NCBI GenBank assembly: GCA_964016885.1
Contig: OZ024760.1
Location: 25,296,001 to 25,360,000, forward strand
Length of the DNA: 64,000 bases
Source: Eledone cirrhosa
Lineage: Eukaryota
Reading direction: 5' to 3'
Of this stretch, positions 41,777-55,465 are shown in pieces (position 1 is the first letter of the stretch; every line of letters starts with the position of its first letter). Made by a program: the position numbers and the translations under genes. The notes under the pieces are model-generated. The model saw only the letters and a list, made by a program, of their open reading frames with translations, was not told where the DNA came from and made no database searches.

Positions 41777-42355
41777 AGTATAGACTCTGTATATGTAGTT
41801 GTATAGTATAGACTGTCTGTAAATTGTTGGGTGTGTATATGTACTGTTTACTGTGTATGTATGTGTCTGTGTATATGTGTAGTGTACTGTGTCTGAGGAT
41901 GTGAGTGTGTGTGTATAGTGAAGACACTGTATGTGTATGTGCTTGTGTAGGTGTATGTGGTCATTAGTAGTCGTGTATATGTAGCTGTGTGTGTGTACAT
42001 GTGTGTGGTGTAGGCAGTGTGTTTTTGTAGTTGTGTGTGTGATGTAGGCAGTGTGTATATGTAGTTGTGTGTGTGTGTACAGGTGTGTGATGTTGACAGT
42101 ATGTATATGCAATGTAGAAAGTCTGTGTGTGTGAGGTTATTGTTTTAACAGTGTGTATGTGTATAGAAATGTGTGTGTGTGTGTATGTATGTATAGTAGA
42201 TGTATGTATGTATGTATGTGTCTGTGTGGTCTGTGTGTGTGTGGTCTGTGTGTGTCGTATGTGTGGTCTGTGTGTGTGGGTACGTGTGTGTGTTTTCTAA
42301 TACTTCTGTATATGGTGTGATGGGTCTATGCACGCCTAGGGTCTGCGTTTATATG

Positions 42356-42400
<45 letters not shown>

Positions 42401-42604
42401 ACGTACATATATATATGTGTGTGTGCGTATGTATATATATATATATATATATTATTATGTAATAAACAACATAAGGCAATTATTCCATTTACCAGTGGTT
42501 TCTTAAAAGCAAAAGGTTTTGCTTTCAATCCTCAATGAATTATATATGTGTTTGTGTGCGTATTTATACATATATATATATATATATTTATGTGCGTGTG
42601 TCCG

Positions 42605-42638
<34 letters not shown>

Positions 42639-42666
42639 CATATATATTTCTATACGCGTGTGTGTA

Positions 42667-42711
<45 letters not shown>

Positions 42712-43062
42712 TTGTATATGTATACGTGTTTATAAATCCGACATATGACATATATGAATCATATTATGATATTTGTTTCAATCAAACTATACCTTGGTTT
42801 ATATATTGTAAAAAAATGGTGTCTTTTGAGTTAAGATTGATAAATGAAGAAGAAAACATAACTTTTACTATATTCTATTGCTTTTTCATTCCTTTTTTTA
42901 TTATTTAGCTACCATTTCCAGCCCCTCTACGTAACACTACATTATCCAACACGGTGAGTCTCCTATATTATATTCAATAACCCATTTCTTTGACAACTCT
43001 ACTCAGAAATTTACTTAACTGTTCATTTTTAAACATCATTCTTTAAACTTTACTGTATTCTT

Positions 43063-43094
<32 letters not shown>

Positions 43095-43261
43095 AATATA
43101 TATATGTTCATTTTATTGTTTATTTTTGTTCATTTTATTGTTATTTTTGTTTATTTTTGTTTATTTTTGTTTATTTTTATTTGTTCTCCTTCTCCCTTTT
43201 TTCTAAATGTATTTTCACCCCACCTCTACACACCCTCGGAACTCTCTTCCTAACCACTTTT

Positions 43262-43298
43262 CTCTTGAAGAAGGGCTTATGCCTGAAACGTCGTTCCC
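43262..43298 (+). ncRNA. Degenerate hammerhead remnant
   Basis: TTGAAGA-A-GGGC-TTAT-GCCT-GAAACGTC; C3 is mutated and stem I does not pair. Confidence 0.4.
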
Positions 43299-43697
43299 CA
43301 CCCACCCATCCCACTCTAAAGAGCGTGAACCTAATAAACCTTTATTTGTCTGCCTCTCTGTTTTCGTTTCCGCCCAAGTTTGCACTATATATATATATAT
43401 ATATATATGAATAAAATTAGAACAAGAAGACAGGACTGTCTGTCATCAGTGATCTTCCAGCCATCATCGGTATTTCTTCGCATTAAAGACCATATACCTC
43501 AGGCTGGTGCGAGCAATAACTAAAAAAAGTTATTGGGACAAGTAGAATTGGGTGTAAAAAGCGAAACATGTAAACAAACAGAGATGGTAATAGCAACGGA
43601 AAGAGAGGAAGAAGAGAAGTCCGTGATATCTGTGAACTTAAGTTCGATCAAATCGTGGACGAGAAGAGACAGACACGTCCAGACCCTGTGAAATGTG

Positions 43698-43745
<48 letters not shown>

Positions 43746-44061
43746 CTACATACGCACGCACACGCATAGCATTCTTTTAACTCCCGATTCTCTACATGAT
43801 GTATCGGACACTAACAACACTTATGTATCTTCCTGAATGTTCTGAAGACTAGGATTGTAATCACCTGTTTAGACATTCCCTATGCTCCGATGAATCCAGA
43901 TATACCTCTGGAAGAAACAATCGTCAGCAAATAAATGTATAAAACTAAGATTTGATTGATTTAATACTTTGTATAAATAATTTCCCGGAGCCGAAGACGC
44001 TTCGTCTTCGAGGAAGCACCCTAATTTTGACAAGCAAAATATTCTAAGATCAGCAGATATT

Positions 44062-44109
<48 letters not shown>

Positions 44110-44227
44110 CAAAACAAGAACGAGTGGTTACTCCTTCGTTAAGTTTATTGGTTGGTGACGCGCGTTTCTCTAGCAATCAGCTCAAGATTCGATCTGGTGA
44201 ATCTGCAGTAACTCTGGGTCACACTCC

Positions 44228-44295
<68 letters not shown>

Positions 44296-44427
44296 AATGA
44301 GTCATTTGTTTTGTTTATTATTCAAGAAAGTTAATATGCAACAGATTAGAAACACTCAACGGTTTTCCGGAGCATAATAATATCAATAATATTAATAAAT
44401 GGAAAATATCTTTATAAAACTATATTT

Positions 44428-44486
44428 ATTTCATTATACATATTTCAAGGGTACCAATAGTTTAGTACGCTTTCGTCAGATAAAAT
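44428..44486 (-). ncRNA. Type I hammerhead, family B
   Basis: ATTTTAT-CTGACGA-AAGcGTAC..GTACcCTT-GAAA-TATGTA-TA|ATGAAAT. Confidence 0.7.
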
Positions 44487-44606
44487 GCAATATTTGGTTT
44501 AAAATAGTGACATATTTTCATATGAACTTTGTTATAAGTTCATTGAAGATATATATATATGTGTGTGTGTGTATATATCAATAACACAAATGCTTTTATA
44601 CACACA

Positions 44607-44653
<47 letters not shown>

Positions 44654-44668
44654 CACAACACACGTGTA

Positions 44669-44703
<35 letters not shown>

Positions 44704-45159
44704 AAGCATTTGAGTTATTGATTCCATCATTTGTAAAACTTAAACATGTTATTTCGTTTTGTTTTTAGGAGTTTCATTTCGTTTTTAGATTTGTGAGACA
44801 TATTTTAGGAAAAAAAGTAACGGGAAATACGGTATAGATATACATATTTCAACAACAAAAGCCATCGTATCATTTTCATTTTAATTAAGACTTCAACATT
44901 TACCCCCACAATAATAATTATATCTATTGGTCTCCCCTGCGTTTAATTATTTTGACTGTGTGAAAGTTTCACATTCAATTGCTTACACAAGGTCTTTCAA
45001 ACAATTTGATATCATTTGCGATACAAATAACCCAGAACCTACAAAATCTAGAGGACAACAAGTACGAGATCAAGCAGACTTAGTGTTGTTCAACATAAGA
45101 TTTATCCCTCAAAATTTTCTGTGGGGCTTAAACATAAGCTGTGGCGATGGGCACTTACT

Positions 45160-45390
45160 CTGAAGGATGTGTTGGATTGCATAAGAAACTGTGGTTATGG
45201 AATCTTACTGTGAAGGATGTAATGGGCTTGAACAGCTATTGTGGTTATGTGATCTTGCTGTGAAGGATGTAATGGGCTGGAACAGCAATTGTGGTTATGG
45301 AATCTTACTGTGAAGGATGTAATGGGCTGGAACATCGACTGTGGTTATGTGATCTTACTGTAAAGGTTGTAGCTGGATGTAACAGCAACT
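45160..45390. repeat. 50-bp tandem repeat with alternating A/B variants
   Basis: gtggttatg at 45191, 45241, 45291 and 45341; ggaatctt alternates with gtgatctt. Confidence 0.9.
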
Positions 45391-45394
45391 ATCG

Positions 45395-45426
<32 letters not shown>

Positions 45427-46540
45427 ATATATATATATATATATATTGTATATATATATATATTGTATATATATATATATTGTATATATATATATATATT
45501 GTATATATATATATATTGTATATATATATATATTGTATATATATAGATATTGTATATATATAGATATTGTATATATATAGATATTGTATATATATAGATA
45601 TTGTATATATATATATATTGTATATATATATATATTGTATATATATATATATTGTATATATATATATATTGTATATATATAGATATTGTATATATATATA
45701 TATTGTATATATATAGATATTATATATATATATATTGTATATATTGTATATATATATATATACATATATATTGTATATATATGTATATATATATATATAT
45801 TGTATATATATATATATTGTATATATATATATAATGTATATATATATATATTGTATATATATATATTGTATGTATATATATATATATGTTGTATATATAT
45901 ATATATATTGTATATATATATTTATATATTGTATATATATATATATTGTATATATATATATATATATTGTATATATATATATATATATTGTATATATATA
46001 TATATATATTGTATATATTGTATATATATTGTATATATATATATATATTGTATATATATATATATATATTGTGTATATATATATATTGTGTGTATATATA
46101 TATATTGTGTGTATATATATATATTGTGTATATATATATATATTGTATATATATATATATATGTGTATATATATATATTGTATATATATATATATGTGTG
46201 TATATATATATATTGTGTATATATATATATATTGTGTATATATATATATTGTGTATATATATATATATATATATTGTGTATATATATATATATATATATT
46301 GTATATATATATATATATATATATTGTATATATATATATATATTGTGTATATATATATATATATTGTGTATATATATATATATATTGTATATATATATAT
46401 ATATATATATTGTGTATATATATATATATATATTCTTTTACTCTTTTACCTGTTTTAGCCATCCGGCTGAGGCCATGCTGGGGCACCGCCCTTGTTGCTA
46501 CACATTTTATCTCCAGCCTGTATATATATATATATTGTAT

Positions 46541-46582
<42 letters not shown>

Positions 46583-46948
46583 GTATATATATATATATAT
46601 ATATATTGTGTGTATATATATATATATATATATATTGTGTGTATATATATATATATATATATTGTGTGTATATATATATATATATATATATTGTGTATAT
46701 ATATATATATATATATTGTATATATATATATATATTGTATATATATATTGTATATATATATATATTGTATATATATATATTGTGTATATATATATTGTAT
46801 ATATATATATATATTGTGTATATATATATATATTGTGTATATATATATATATTGTGTGTATATATATATATTGTATATATATTGTATATATGTATATATA
46901 TGGTATATATATATTGTATATATATATTGTATATATATATATATATAT

Positions 46949-46986
<38 letters not shown>

Positions 46987-47276
46987 ATATGTATATATAT
47001 ATTGTATATATATTGTATATATATATATATATATATTGTATATATATTGTATATATATTGTATATATATATATATATATATATATTGTGTATATATATAT
47101 ATATATATTGTGTATATATATATATATATATATATATTGTGTATATATATATATATATATATATTGTGTATATATATATATATATATATTGTGTATATAT
47201 ATATATATATATATTGTGTATATATATATATATATATATTGTGTGTATATATGTGTATATATATATATATATATAT

Positions 47277-47322
<46 letters not shown>

Positions 47323-47351
47323 ATATATATTGTATATATATATATATATAT

Positions 47352-47398
<47 letters not shown>
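45395..47398. repeat. 2-kb (TA)n field punctuated by TTG/TTGTG, with a probable SINE-tail island at 46433-46520
   Basis: Seen directly; the island reads ttcttttacctgttttagccatccggctgaggccatgctggggcaccgcc. Confidence 0.9.
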
Positions 47399-47400
<2 letters not shown>

Positions 47401-47645
47401 GGAAAAGAATGAAACGAAATTTCATTTCTCACTCTTAGTACGGCTGGTACTTAAATGTAAGTATGTATGTATACGTACATACATATATGTATACATATAA
47501 TAAGCTTGAAACTAGTACATCGTTCCTATGTCAGTGTTGAATAAAAAGGTGACGATGGTTGCCTGAACATTGTACGGCGTAATTCGGGCTGTTTGTTGTT
47601 TATAAACAAACTGAGCATTATAATAAATGTTCGGTAAACCCATAC

Positions 47646-47695
<50 letters not shown>

Positions 47696-47771
47696 TACTA
47701 CTGTATGTCTATATATACATACTACTGTATGTCTATATACATATATGTATGTAGTATACATACATACTTAC

Positions 47772-47809
<38 letters not shown>

Positions 47810-47937
47810 TGTATTCGCATCTAGCTGTCCAAAGGGCCGTAGCTCAGCCGTCGAGGTCTTGGCGCTTTTCCTATTACCCAAGTATCGTGTACTCTGGTGC
47901 GTTATCGTCCATCCGGTTCCTTACCGCAATTTCTTTG

Positions 47938-47978
<41 letters not shown>

Positions 47979-47979
<1 letters not shown>

Positions 47980-48270
47980 TAGCAGTGGTACCCGGAGTTG
48001 CACGGGATAGTGTATTTTGGAACGCGGGCCGCCAACAGACCTAATCGTGGAAAAACTGCATGCCTGGTTAATATGTAAAGAAAATAAACCGAATACTCTG
48101 ATGGCTGGATAATCTAAGGTTTTCCTCGATGAAGCAGGAAAAAGGCAGGTTTTCACCTAATGTGGGCCCTAGGGGATCAAGAATTTTTTTATGTACATAA
48201 TATGCCTTGAAATTTCGGGAAAATCGGCTAGACGTAACGCCTCAAAAAAGCCCTGAAGAAAGCCCTAAAA
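47979..48270 (-). mobile_element. Helitron-like 3' end fragment
   Basis: A|CTAG terminus with subterminal hairpin cccg-gagttgca-cggg; far boundary uncertain. Confidence 0.5.
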
Positions 48271-48284
48271 ATGATTCAAATTTT

Positions 48285-48460
48285 AAGCACAAGGCCAGGA
48301 ATTGATTAGGGGAGGGTAGGGGAGGTCGATTATAACGACCCAGTGTATTACTGCTACTTTATTTTATCGACCCTGTAGAGATGGAAGGCAAAGTTGTACT
48401 CAGAACGTAAAGGGCCGTAACTCTATGCCACGATGCAAGATATCCGACGTTTTACCAAAT
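48285..48460 (-). mobile_element. Degraded SINE
   Basis: gcacaaggccag...actttattttatcgaccc...ggaaggcaaagtt. Confidence 0.7.
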
Positions 48461-48582
48461 TGCTAAAAAATAATTTAAAAAAAAAAATATCGGATAACTA
48501 TTTCAAAAGACAGCCAGACAATAAACAAGTAAGATAACTCTTACTTATAAAATATGGGAATTATTTCCCTTGAAAGTTAGCA

Positions 48583-48732
48583 CCGCATTTCCCTGTGTCG
48601 AAGACGCTTTTTCTTTCCTAAAATAAGTCTCTATTTTTTTCGTCTCTCTATTTTTTTTTTTTCAAATGTTTGGGTTGTCAAACTTAGGGTGCGCTTCCGA
48701 GGTCGAAGCGTCTTCGGCGCCGGGAAATACGG
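48583..48732. mobile_element. pogo/Tigger-like MITE
   Basis: TIRs CCGCATTTCCCTGTGTCGAAGACGC and GCGTCTTCGGCGCCGGGAAATACGG|TA; related ends at about 43980-44035 and 44821-44834. Confidence 0.65.
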
Positions 48733-48773
48733 TAATTATTCTGTACAGTTTCTGATGGGTGAGAAATACACCA

Positions 48774-49622
48774 TCTATATATATAAAGTTGTAGTTCCTG
48801 TCTGTTTTTTTTGTTTGTTTGTTCACGAACTCCTCCTATGGTTTTGGAGATAGACCCCCATAACCATATATATTCTGAACTACATTGAATAGGGTACTTG
48901 GATAAGTATATGTCATTTTAATCAAAGGGTTCCCCGGGGGCACAAAGGCCAGCTGAATATGTTTTCCCTTCGATTTATATGAAATTTGAAACCATAGGTA
49001 AATGATAAGATATGATGCCTATTCACAAATTTCAGCAAATTCCAATATTAAGACACCCTAATGGGGGTTAAACACCCTATTAGGGTTCTCCGGGGGAACA
49101 AACCCCCGCTGAAAATGTTTTCCCTTCGATTTATATGAGATTTAAACCATAGGTAAAAGACATGATATGATGTCTATTCACAAAAGTTTTGATATTTTGA
49201 AAAAAATTATTTACAAGAAACAAAATAATTGTTTCTAGTTTTGGCCCAAGGCCAGCAATTACCCAGTGCATTACTGGTACTTTATTTTATCGACCTCGTA
49301 AGGATGAAAGACAAAGTCAACCTCGGCGGGATTTGAACTCATATCGTAAGGGGACGTAACTATGCTGGAAAGCATGGCGTCCGACCTTCTACCGATACTG
49401 CCAATCCACAAGAAACAAAATAATAAGATTTAATAATGTAATTTTGATTTGATATATTACAAAAAATGTTTTCCAATTTTTCCTTCATAACATGTTACAT
49501 TGAGTAATATTGAAATGCAGAGTTTTTCTCCATAAATGATATCACTGATTTAAAATCAATCAATCATTTTCGTACAAAAACAAAGTGTGTGAAACGCAGC
49601 AAGGCGCGGGTAATTCGACTAG
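48774..49622 (+). mobile_element. Non-autonomous Helitron with a nested SINE
   Basis: A|TCTATATATATAAA start, (GTTT)n, GC-rich imperfect hairpin (cgcagcaaggcgcggg), then CTAG|T end. Confidence 0.7.
49230..49407 (-). mobile_element. Full-length SINE with 17-bp target-site duplication
   Basis: acaagaaacaaaataat at 49213-49229 and 49408-49424. Confidence 0.92.
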
Positions 49623-49649
49623 TATATTAATATTCTTTCTAATTAATTA

Positions 49650-50045
49650 TAAGCTGTTCTGTCGATTAACCAAAATGAATTGCTCATTGTAAATATAGAT
49701 CGATTCTTCATCAATAATATAAACATACATTAGCAAGATTCGAACTCAAGGCTGCAGGGGTTACATATACCATTATGTTTCTCAATTGATCAGGTTTAAT
49801 TACTCATTGTAGAACTAGATCGATAATATGAACATTCGCTGGCTGGATTCGAACACAAGACAGCATGGCTTACAAAAATATCACAATCTGTTTCTCAATT
49901 AAATGGGTTAATTACACGTTGTAGAAATCGATAGCAGATCAATCTTATAAACATTCGCTAGCAACAATCGAACACGAGTCAGCATGGGTTAAAAATATGT
50001 CACAATATGTTTCTCAATTGACTTAGTAATTAACAGGGTTGAATA
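49650..50045 (-). repeat. Diverged tandem repeat of about 110-125 bp with tRNA B-box-like motifs
   Basis: gattcgaactc, gattcgaacac and aatcgaacac, each followed by ggttaca-like sequence and tgtttctcaatt. Confidence 0.55.
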
Positions 50046-50482
50046 GAAAACGGGTCAAGGACTTAGCAGAAGTCACATACATACACGCACGCGCGCATGC
50101 ACATATGCACACACACGCACACGCACACATGCACATGCACACGCACATACATACACACATGAATGCGCTCTCTGTCTCTCTCTATCTATCTATCTCTCGC
50201 TCTCTCTCTCATACATATATCTCAGAGAGCGAGAGAGAACATTTGTGTGAGTGTATATGTATAAAATGGTTGTATGTACGTCAGTGTGTGTATACATCTA
50301 CCCACTATATGTGTATATATATATATACTTCATGTGTTTATGTATATGTATATGTGTGTATGTAAATGCATGTGTGTATGTATATATATGTGTGTATGTA
50401 TATGTGTGTGTGTATGTATATGTGTGTGTGTATATGTATATATGTGTGTGTATATATATATATGTGTGTATATATATATATA

Positions 50483-50521
<39 letters not shown>

Positions 50522-50614
50522 ATATATATATATATATGTGTGTATATATATATATATATGTGTGTATATATATATATATATGTGTGTATATATATATGTG
50601 TGTGTATATATATA

Positions 50615-50681
<67 letters not shown>

Positions 50682-50990
50682 ATATATATATATGTGTGTG
50701 TGTCTATATATATATATGTGTGTATATATGTGTGCGTATGTATATATATGTGTATGTATGTATATATAGGTGCGTGTGTCTACGTATATATGTATGTGTT
50801 TATGTATGTGTGTGCGTGTATGTATGTGTATGTGTGTGCGTGTATGTATGTGTATGTGCGTGTGTGTATGTATGTATGCGTGTATATGTATGTATGTGTG
50901 TGTATATATATGTATGTGTGTGTATATATATGTATGTGTGTGTATATATATGTATGTGCGTGTATATATATACGTATGTGTGTGTATATA

Positions 50991-51054
<64 letters not shown>

Positions 51055-51363
51055 CTGTTTGTCGCACAGGTTGACAGCTGTTTCCAACACCTGTCACATG
51101 TATATTTCTATTTCATTCACTTTATTACAAACGCCTCCTCATCGTCCCTGTATTGTATCTATCTGATGTCCCTCCACCTAGCCTCCCTCCCTCCCTCCCT
51201 CCCCCACTCTATATATATATATACACACACACACATAGGAAAAAATGATGAAATCGAAAATGCAGCTGGAGTCATTTTTAAGAATATTTGTTTCCTTTAC
51301 CGGTTTCACAGTTCTTACGCTTTTCAAAAGTAGAATTGAGATGGAGGGTTTGTGGTTTTTCTC

Positions 51364-51421
<58 letters not shown>

Positions 51422-51477
51422 TTCGTTTCTGAATTTGTTTAGCAAGATTCTTTATCTGAAATCGTGTGTTGAAACCG

Positions 51478-51852
51478 ATATTGTTATACTTTGGGAGGGT
51501 CATGTTGCCAATAATGAACACAAACACACACAGACACGCGGATGTGGCGCATGCGCAAACTGAGCACACAACACACACACAGAAACAAAATGGCGTAGGA
51601 TAGAAGAAAGGAAAGGCACAGAAACGAAGAAAGGAATCCCCAGTCACTGAAGAGGTCACAGAGTGTGTGACGAAAGGACTATGACTATATATAAACAACT
51701 ATCTGGTTGTGGAACCAACCAACCAACCAGAAATTTATAAGTTTGTAAATTTGTAAATTTATAAATTTATAAATATATAATAAATTGAAGTGAAAGCATC
51801 TGGTGCGTGTGTTTCTTATTGGCAACATGACCCTCCCAAAGTATAACAATAT
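51478..51852 (+). mobile_element. Solo pLTR of the Penelope-like family with perfect 37-bp terminal inverted repeats
   Basis: Body is the reverse complement of about 13907-14250; arms at 51478-51514 and 51816-51852. Confidence 0.85.
51642..51686 (+). ncRNA. Type I hammerhead, family A (best-preserved copy)
   Basis: AGTCA-CTGAAGA-G-GTCACA-GAGTG-TGTGAC-GAAA-GGAC-TA|TGACT. Confidence 0.82.
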
Positions 51853-52201
51853 ATATATATATATATAAATATAAATTAGCGAGAATCGTATTTCAGCTCA
51901 GGAATTAACGAAAAATATCTTCCGATATGTGTGGCAAGCGCTCGATGATTCATATGAATCAGAGCTAAAATATACGTTAAAGGCCAAACACACTGAGATG
52001 GTAGTTAAACTAATCATCCGCACAGCCAAAAAAAAAACGACCAAGTAATTCGGGTCAAACAATAAAAATATGTGATTGAAAATTCATATATTTATATATG
52101 TATATATATATATATATCCCCCCGCCATGTTCTTAATTTCTTCGTATTCCCACTGCATTTTATGTTACCTTAAATAGCAACTACACAGCCATTTCTATTC
52201 T

Positions 52202-52234
<33 letters not shown>

Positions 52235-52647
52235 AATATAAATTCAGCGAGAGTCGCTTTTCGGCGGGTAGAAAAAGCGAAACGAAACGCAAAAATCAGA
52301 GCTATGCTGGGAAGCGATCCATAGTTTTAAAAAAAAAACAGATCTAAACAATGTTAAAACGCCATAAAAAAACTGAAAAAAGTGGTTAAGAAAGCATTAA
52401 CCACCTAAGCCAAAAAGCAAATCAAGCTAAACAGGTCAAAATAAAATAAACGATAGAAAAACAGACCTGGACCCACTGGAATTGATGGCAAAATCCAAAT
52501 GCAAGGCTTTCTATGACATCTAAATCAATAATACTGTCTGCTTAAAACTATAACATTTAGGTATAATGATCGAACAAGGAATATCACGTTATCAATAGGT
52601 ATTTTGCCCTCTACCAAATTTGTGAATGACATAGAGCTACGTAAAAG

Positions 52648-52702
<55 letters not shown>

Positions 52703-52709
52703 ATATATA

Positions 52710-52752
<43 letters not shown>

Positions 52753-53119
52753 TGTGTGTGTGAAAAAAGGAATGAAGAGTAACATGGTTGGCTGTACGAT
52801 ATTCAAGTACTGACAATTGTTTCATTGATCAGGTGAGTTTAGAGGTCGCTAATCACTATAGGCAACGTTTCCATGAACCAAAGTATCGGCTTCCTGTCTT
52901 CCTTCGGTTGCAACGTTTTTTGAAATATTTACTTCTGCGTTCACAGATTGACTTTTTTAGTTTCAGAAGATCCCGTTAAAGGTGAAAGCAGTGATTCTTT
53001 GCTTAAACTTTAATCTGTTATTTTAATAAATATTTGCTCTACGGTTTTTATATATCTGATATATATTTATCCTTATCGAGCCCTCTTTGGATTTTAGTCT
53101 TGAAATTTATTATTATTAC

Positions 53120-53157
<38 letters not shown>

Positions 53158-53159
<2 letters not shown>

Positions 53160-53606
53160 AATAAAATTAGTCCTTCATCAGTGATTTTCCAACTTTCATT
53201 GGTATTTCATCGCTTTAAAAATCATATACCTTTAGTTGGTGCGAGCAATAGCTAAATAAAGCTATTGGGACAAGTAATATAGCGTGAAGCGAGCGAGACA
53301 AGTAAACAAACAAACATGGTATAGCAACGGAAAGATAGGAAGAAACAAGCATATGATATCTATTCAGCTTAAGCTGGGTGAATTTCATGGGCGAGAGAGA
53401 AAAAATCCAACATAGGCCAAACAGGAGGAAGTGAGAGAGGGAGAAGCAGAGAGTGAGTGAGTGGAAGTGCGAGGAAGAGGCCAGTCGAGAGAAAGTGTGA
53501 TTTTTAAAGAGATGAAATATCAATGAAAGTTGGAAAATCACTGATGAAGGACTAATTTTATTCATATGTAACCCATGTGCAACCACGCAGAACTCAATTC
53601 TTCTCA
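53158..53606. mobile_element. Fold-back element, about 65-bp arms containing CTGATGAAGGAC
   Basis: About 53158-53224 is the reverse complement of about 53498-53564; a related sequence lies at 43440-43700. Confidence 0.6.
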
Positions 53607-53666
53607 TATATATATATATATGTGTGTGTGTGCGTGTGTCTGTGTGTGTATATATGTGTGTGTATG

Positions 53667-53746
<80 letters not shown>

Positions 53747-53879
53747 CACACACACATCCATCCATCCATCTCTCTCTCTTAAACGAAAAGTCAACAACAA
53801 TTTCAGAGTTCTTATAACGCTTAAAAAGAATAATGAAAGCAACACGAATACCTTTTGCGATTTTATTTTTTATTCTCCC

Positions 53880-54060
53880 CATATACAAGATGTTGTAGGG
53901 CAGAACAAAGGAGAGGAACAAAATAAGAAACTAGTTACTGAGGTAGTCACAGAATGTGACGAAAGAGCTTTGTTAATATATAAACACCCATCCGTTTATT
54001 GAACCAACCAACCGGAAATTTATAATAAATTAAAGTGAAACCCAACAGGTGCGTTTATTA
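53880..54060 (+). mobile_element. Diverged family A pLTR fragment with a decayed hammerhead
   Basis: ctgaggta-gtcaca-gaa-tgtgac-gaaagagctt then aaccaaccaaccggaaatttataataaa. Confidence 0.6.
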
Positions 54061-54061
54061 T

Positions 54062-54101
<40 letters not shown>

Positions 54102-54144
54102 GCCTCCTGAATTTTATTCGTTCATTTTCAACAATATATATATA

Positions 54145-55055
54145 TACGATATTAATAAATGGAAACAATATTTATAAAACCATATTTATTTCATTATACA
54201 TATTTCAGGGATACAAAATTAAAATATGGTATGCCTTCATCAGACAAAATACAATATATAAACAGTTTTATAAATAATTTTGACGTACCCTATTAAATGC
54301 AACCATTATTTTTGGAAGCTCTCTGGATAGTGAAATGTTTATATTATTTTATTAGTTATAGTGTTAAGCACAATTAGAAAAAGACGGAGAGAAAGAAAGA
54401 AAAAAAAGACGGAGAGAGAAGGAGAGAGAAAGATATAATATGACGTGACGTAAAGTTGTCACTATCTCCCCCTCTCTCTATATAGTATTTTCTCTCTCTT
54501 GAGTTTTTCTATCTGTATGATGACTTATTATCTCTCTGTTGCTTTCCTTTGTTTTTCTTATTTCTTCCTTTTTTTTCTCTTTCTTTTTTTATTTCCTCAT
54601 ATCTATTTATCTCTTTCTTTTCTACATACATTTCTCTCTCCGATATTTCTCCAGGTTTTCTTTTTCTCTCTCTCCTTCTTTCTCTCTCCTTCTCTCTCTC
54701 CGTCTTTTTTTTCTTTCTTTCTCTCCGTCTTTTTCTAATTGTGCTTAACACTATAACTAATAAAATAATATAAACATTTCACTATCCAGACAGCTTCCAA
54801 AAATAATGGTTGCATTTAATAGGGTACGTCAAAATTATTTATAAAACTGTTTATATATTGTATTTTGTCTGATGAAGGCATACCATATTTTAATTTGGTA
54901 TCCCTGAAATATGTATAATGAAATAAATATGGTTTTATAAATATAGTTTCCATTTATTAAATATCGTATATCTACTCCAAAACTTGTCGAGTGCTTTATA
55001 TCAGTTATAAAATATTTACTTGTTGTATCCCAACAATTTTAAATAGAACTTTTGC
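54145..55055 (+). mobile_element. Fold-back family B element with about 280-bp arms and two inverted hammerheads
   Basis: About 54145-54430 mirrors about 54683-54968; hammerheads at 54187-54251 (-) and 54861-54925 (+). Confidence 0.78.
54861..54925 (+). ncRNA. Type I hammerhead, family B
   Basis: TATTTTGT-CTGATGA-AGGcATACCA..TGGTATcCCT-GAAA-TATGTA-TA|ATGAAATA. Confidence 0.78.
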
Positions 55056-55086
<31 letters not shown>

Positions 55087-55099
55087 ACACTATCTATCG

Positions 55100-55225
55100 G
55101 TCGCAGAAAGAGCAACATGTAATAAGGTCTCTTGCTGAAGGACATAATGCATCACCTGGTTTGGGAATCGAACTCGCAACCTCACGATTGCGAATCCAAT
55201 TATCTACCCACTAAGCCACACGCCA
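55100..55225 (-). mobile_element. Second tRNA-headed SINE family
   Basis: Minus strand GGCGTGTGGCTTAGTGGGTAG...GAGTTCGATTCCC followed by gtccttcagcaag. Confidence 0.65.
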
Positions 55226-55279
55226 TAACATGCTATATATACACATAACCTGTAACTGTGTATTCGTTAATCTATAAAT

Positions 55280-55465
55280 AATTGTTTCTACTTTTGGCAC
55301 AAGGCCAACAATTATCCCAGTGTATTACTGGTACTTTATTTTATCGACACCCGTAAGGATGAAGGGCAAAGTTAACCTCGGCGGGATTTGAACTCAGAAC
55401 ATAAAGGGCCGTAACTCTATGCTGCAAAGCATGGCGTCAGACCCTCTACTGATACTGTCAATCCA
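55280..55465 (-). mobile_element. Full-length SINE
   Basis: Matches the family consensus end to end. Confidence 0.9.

Noticed and set aside
45355-47438. ORFs of 300-678 aa
   Set aside because: Pure (TA)n-derived translations.
52805-52845. Minus-strand CTGATCAATGAAACAATTGTC as a hammerhead
   Set aside because: No stem II between the core halves and G8 is absent.
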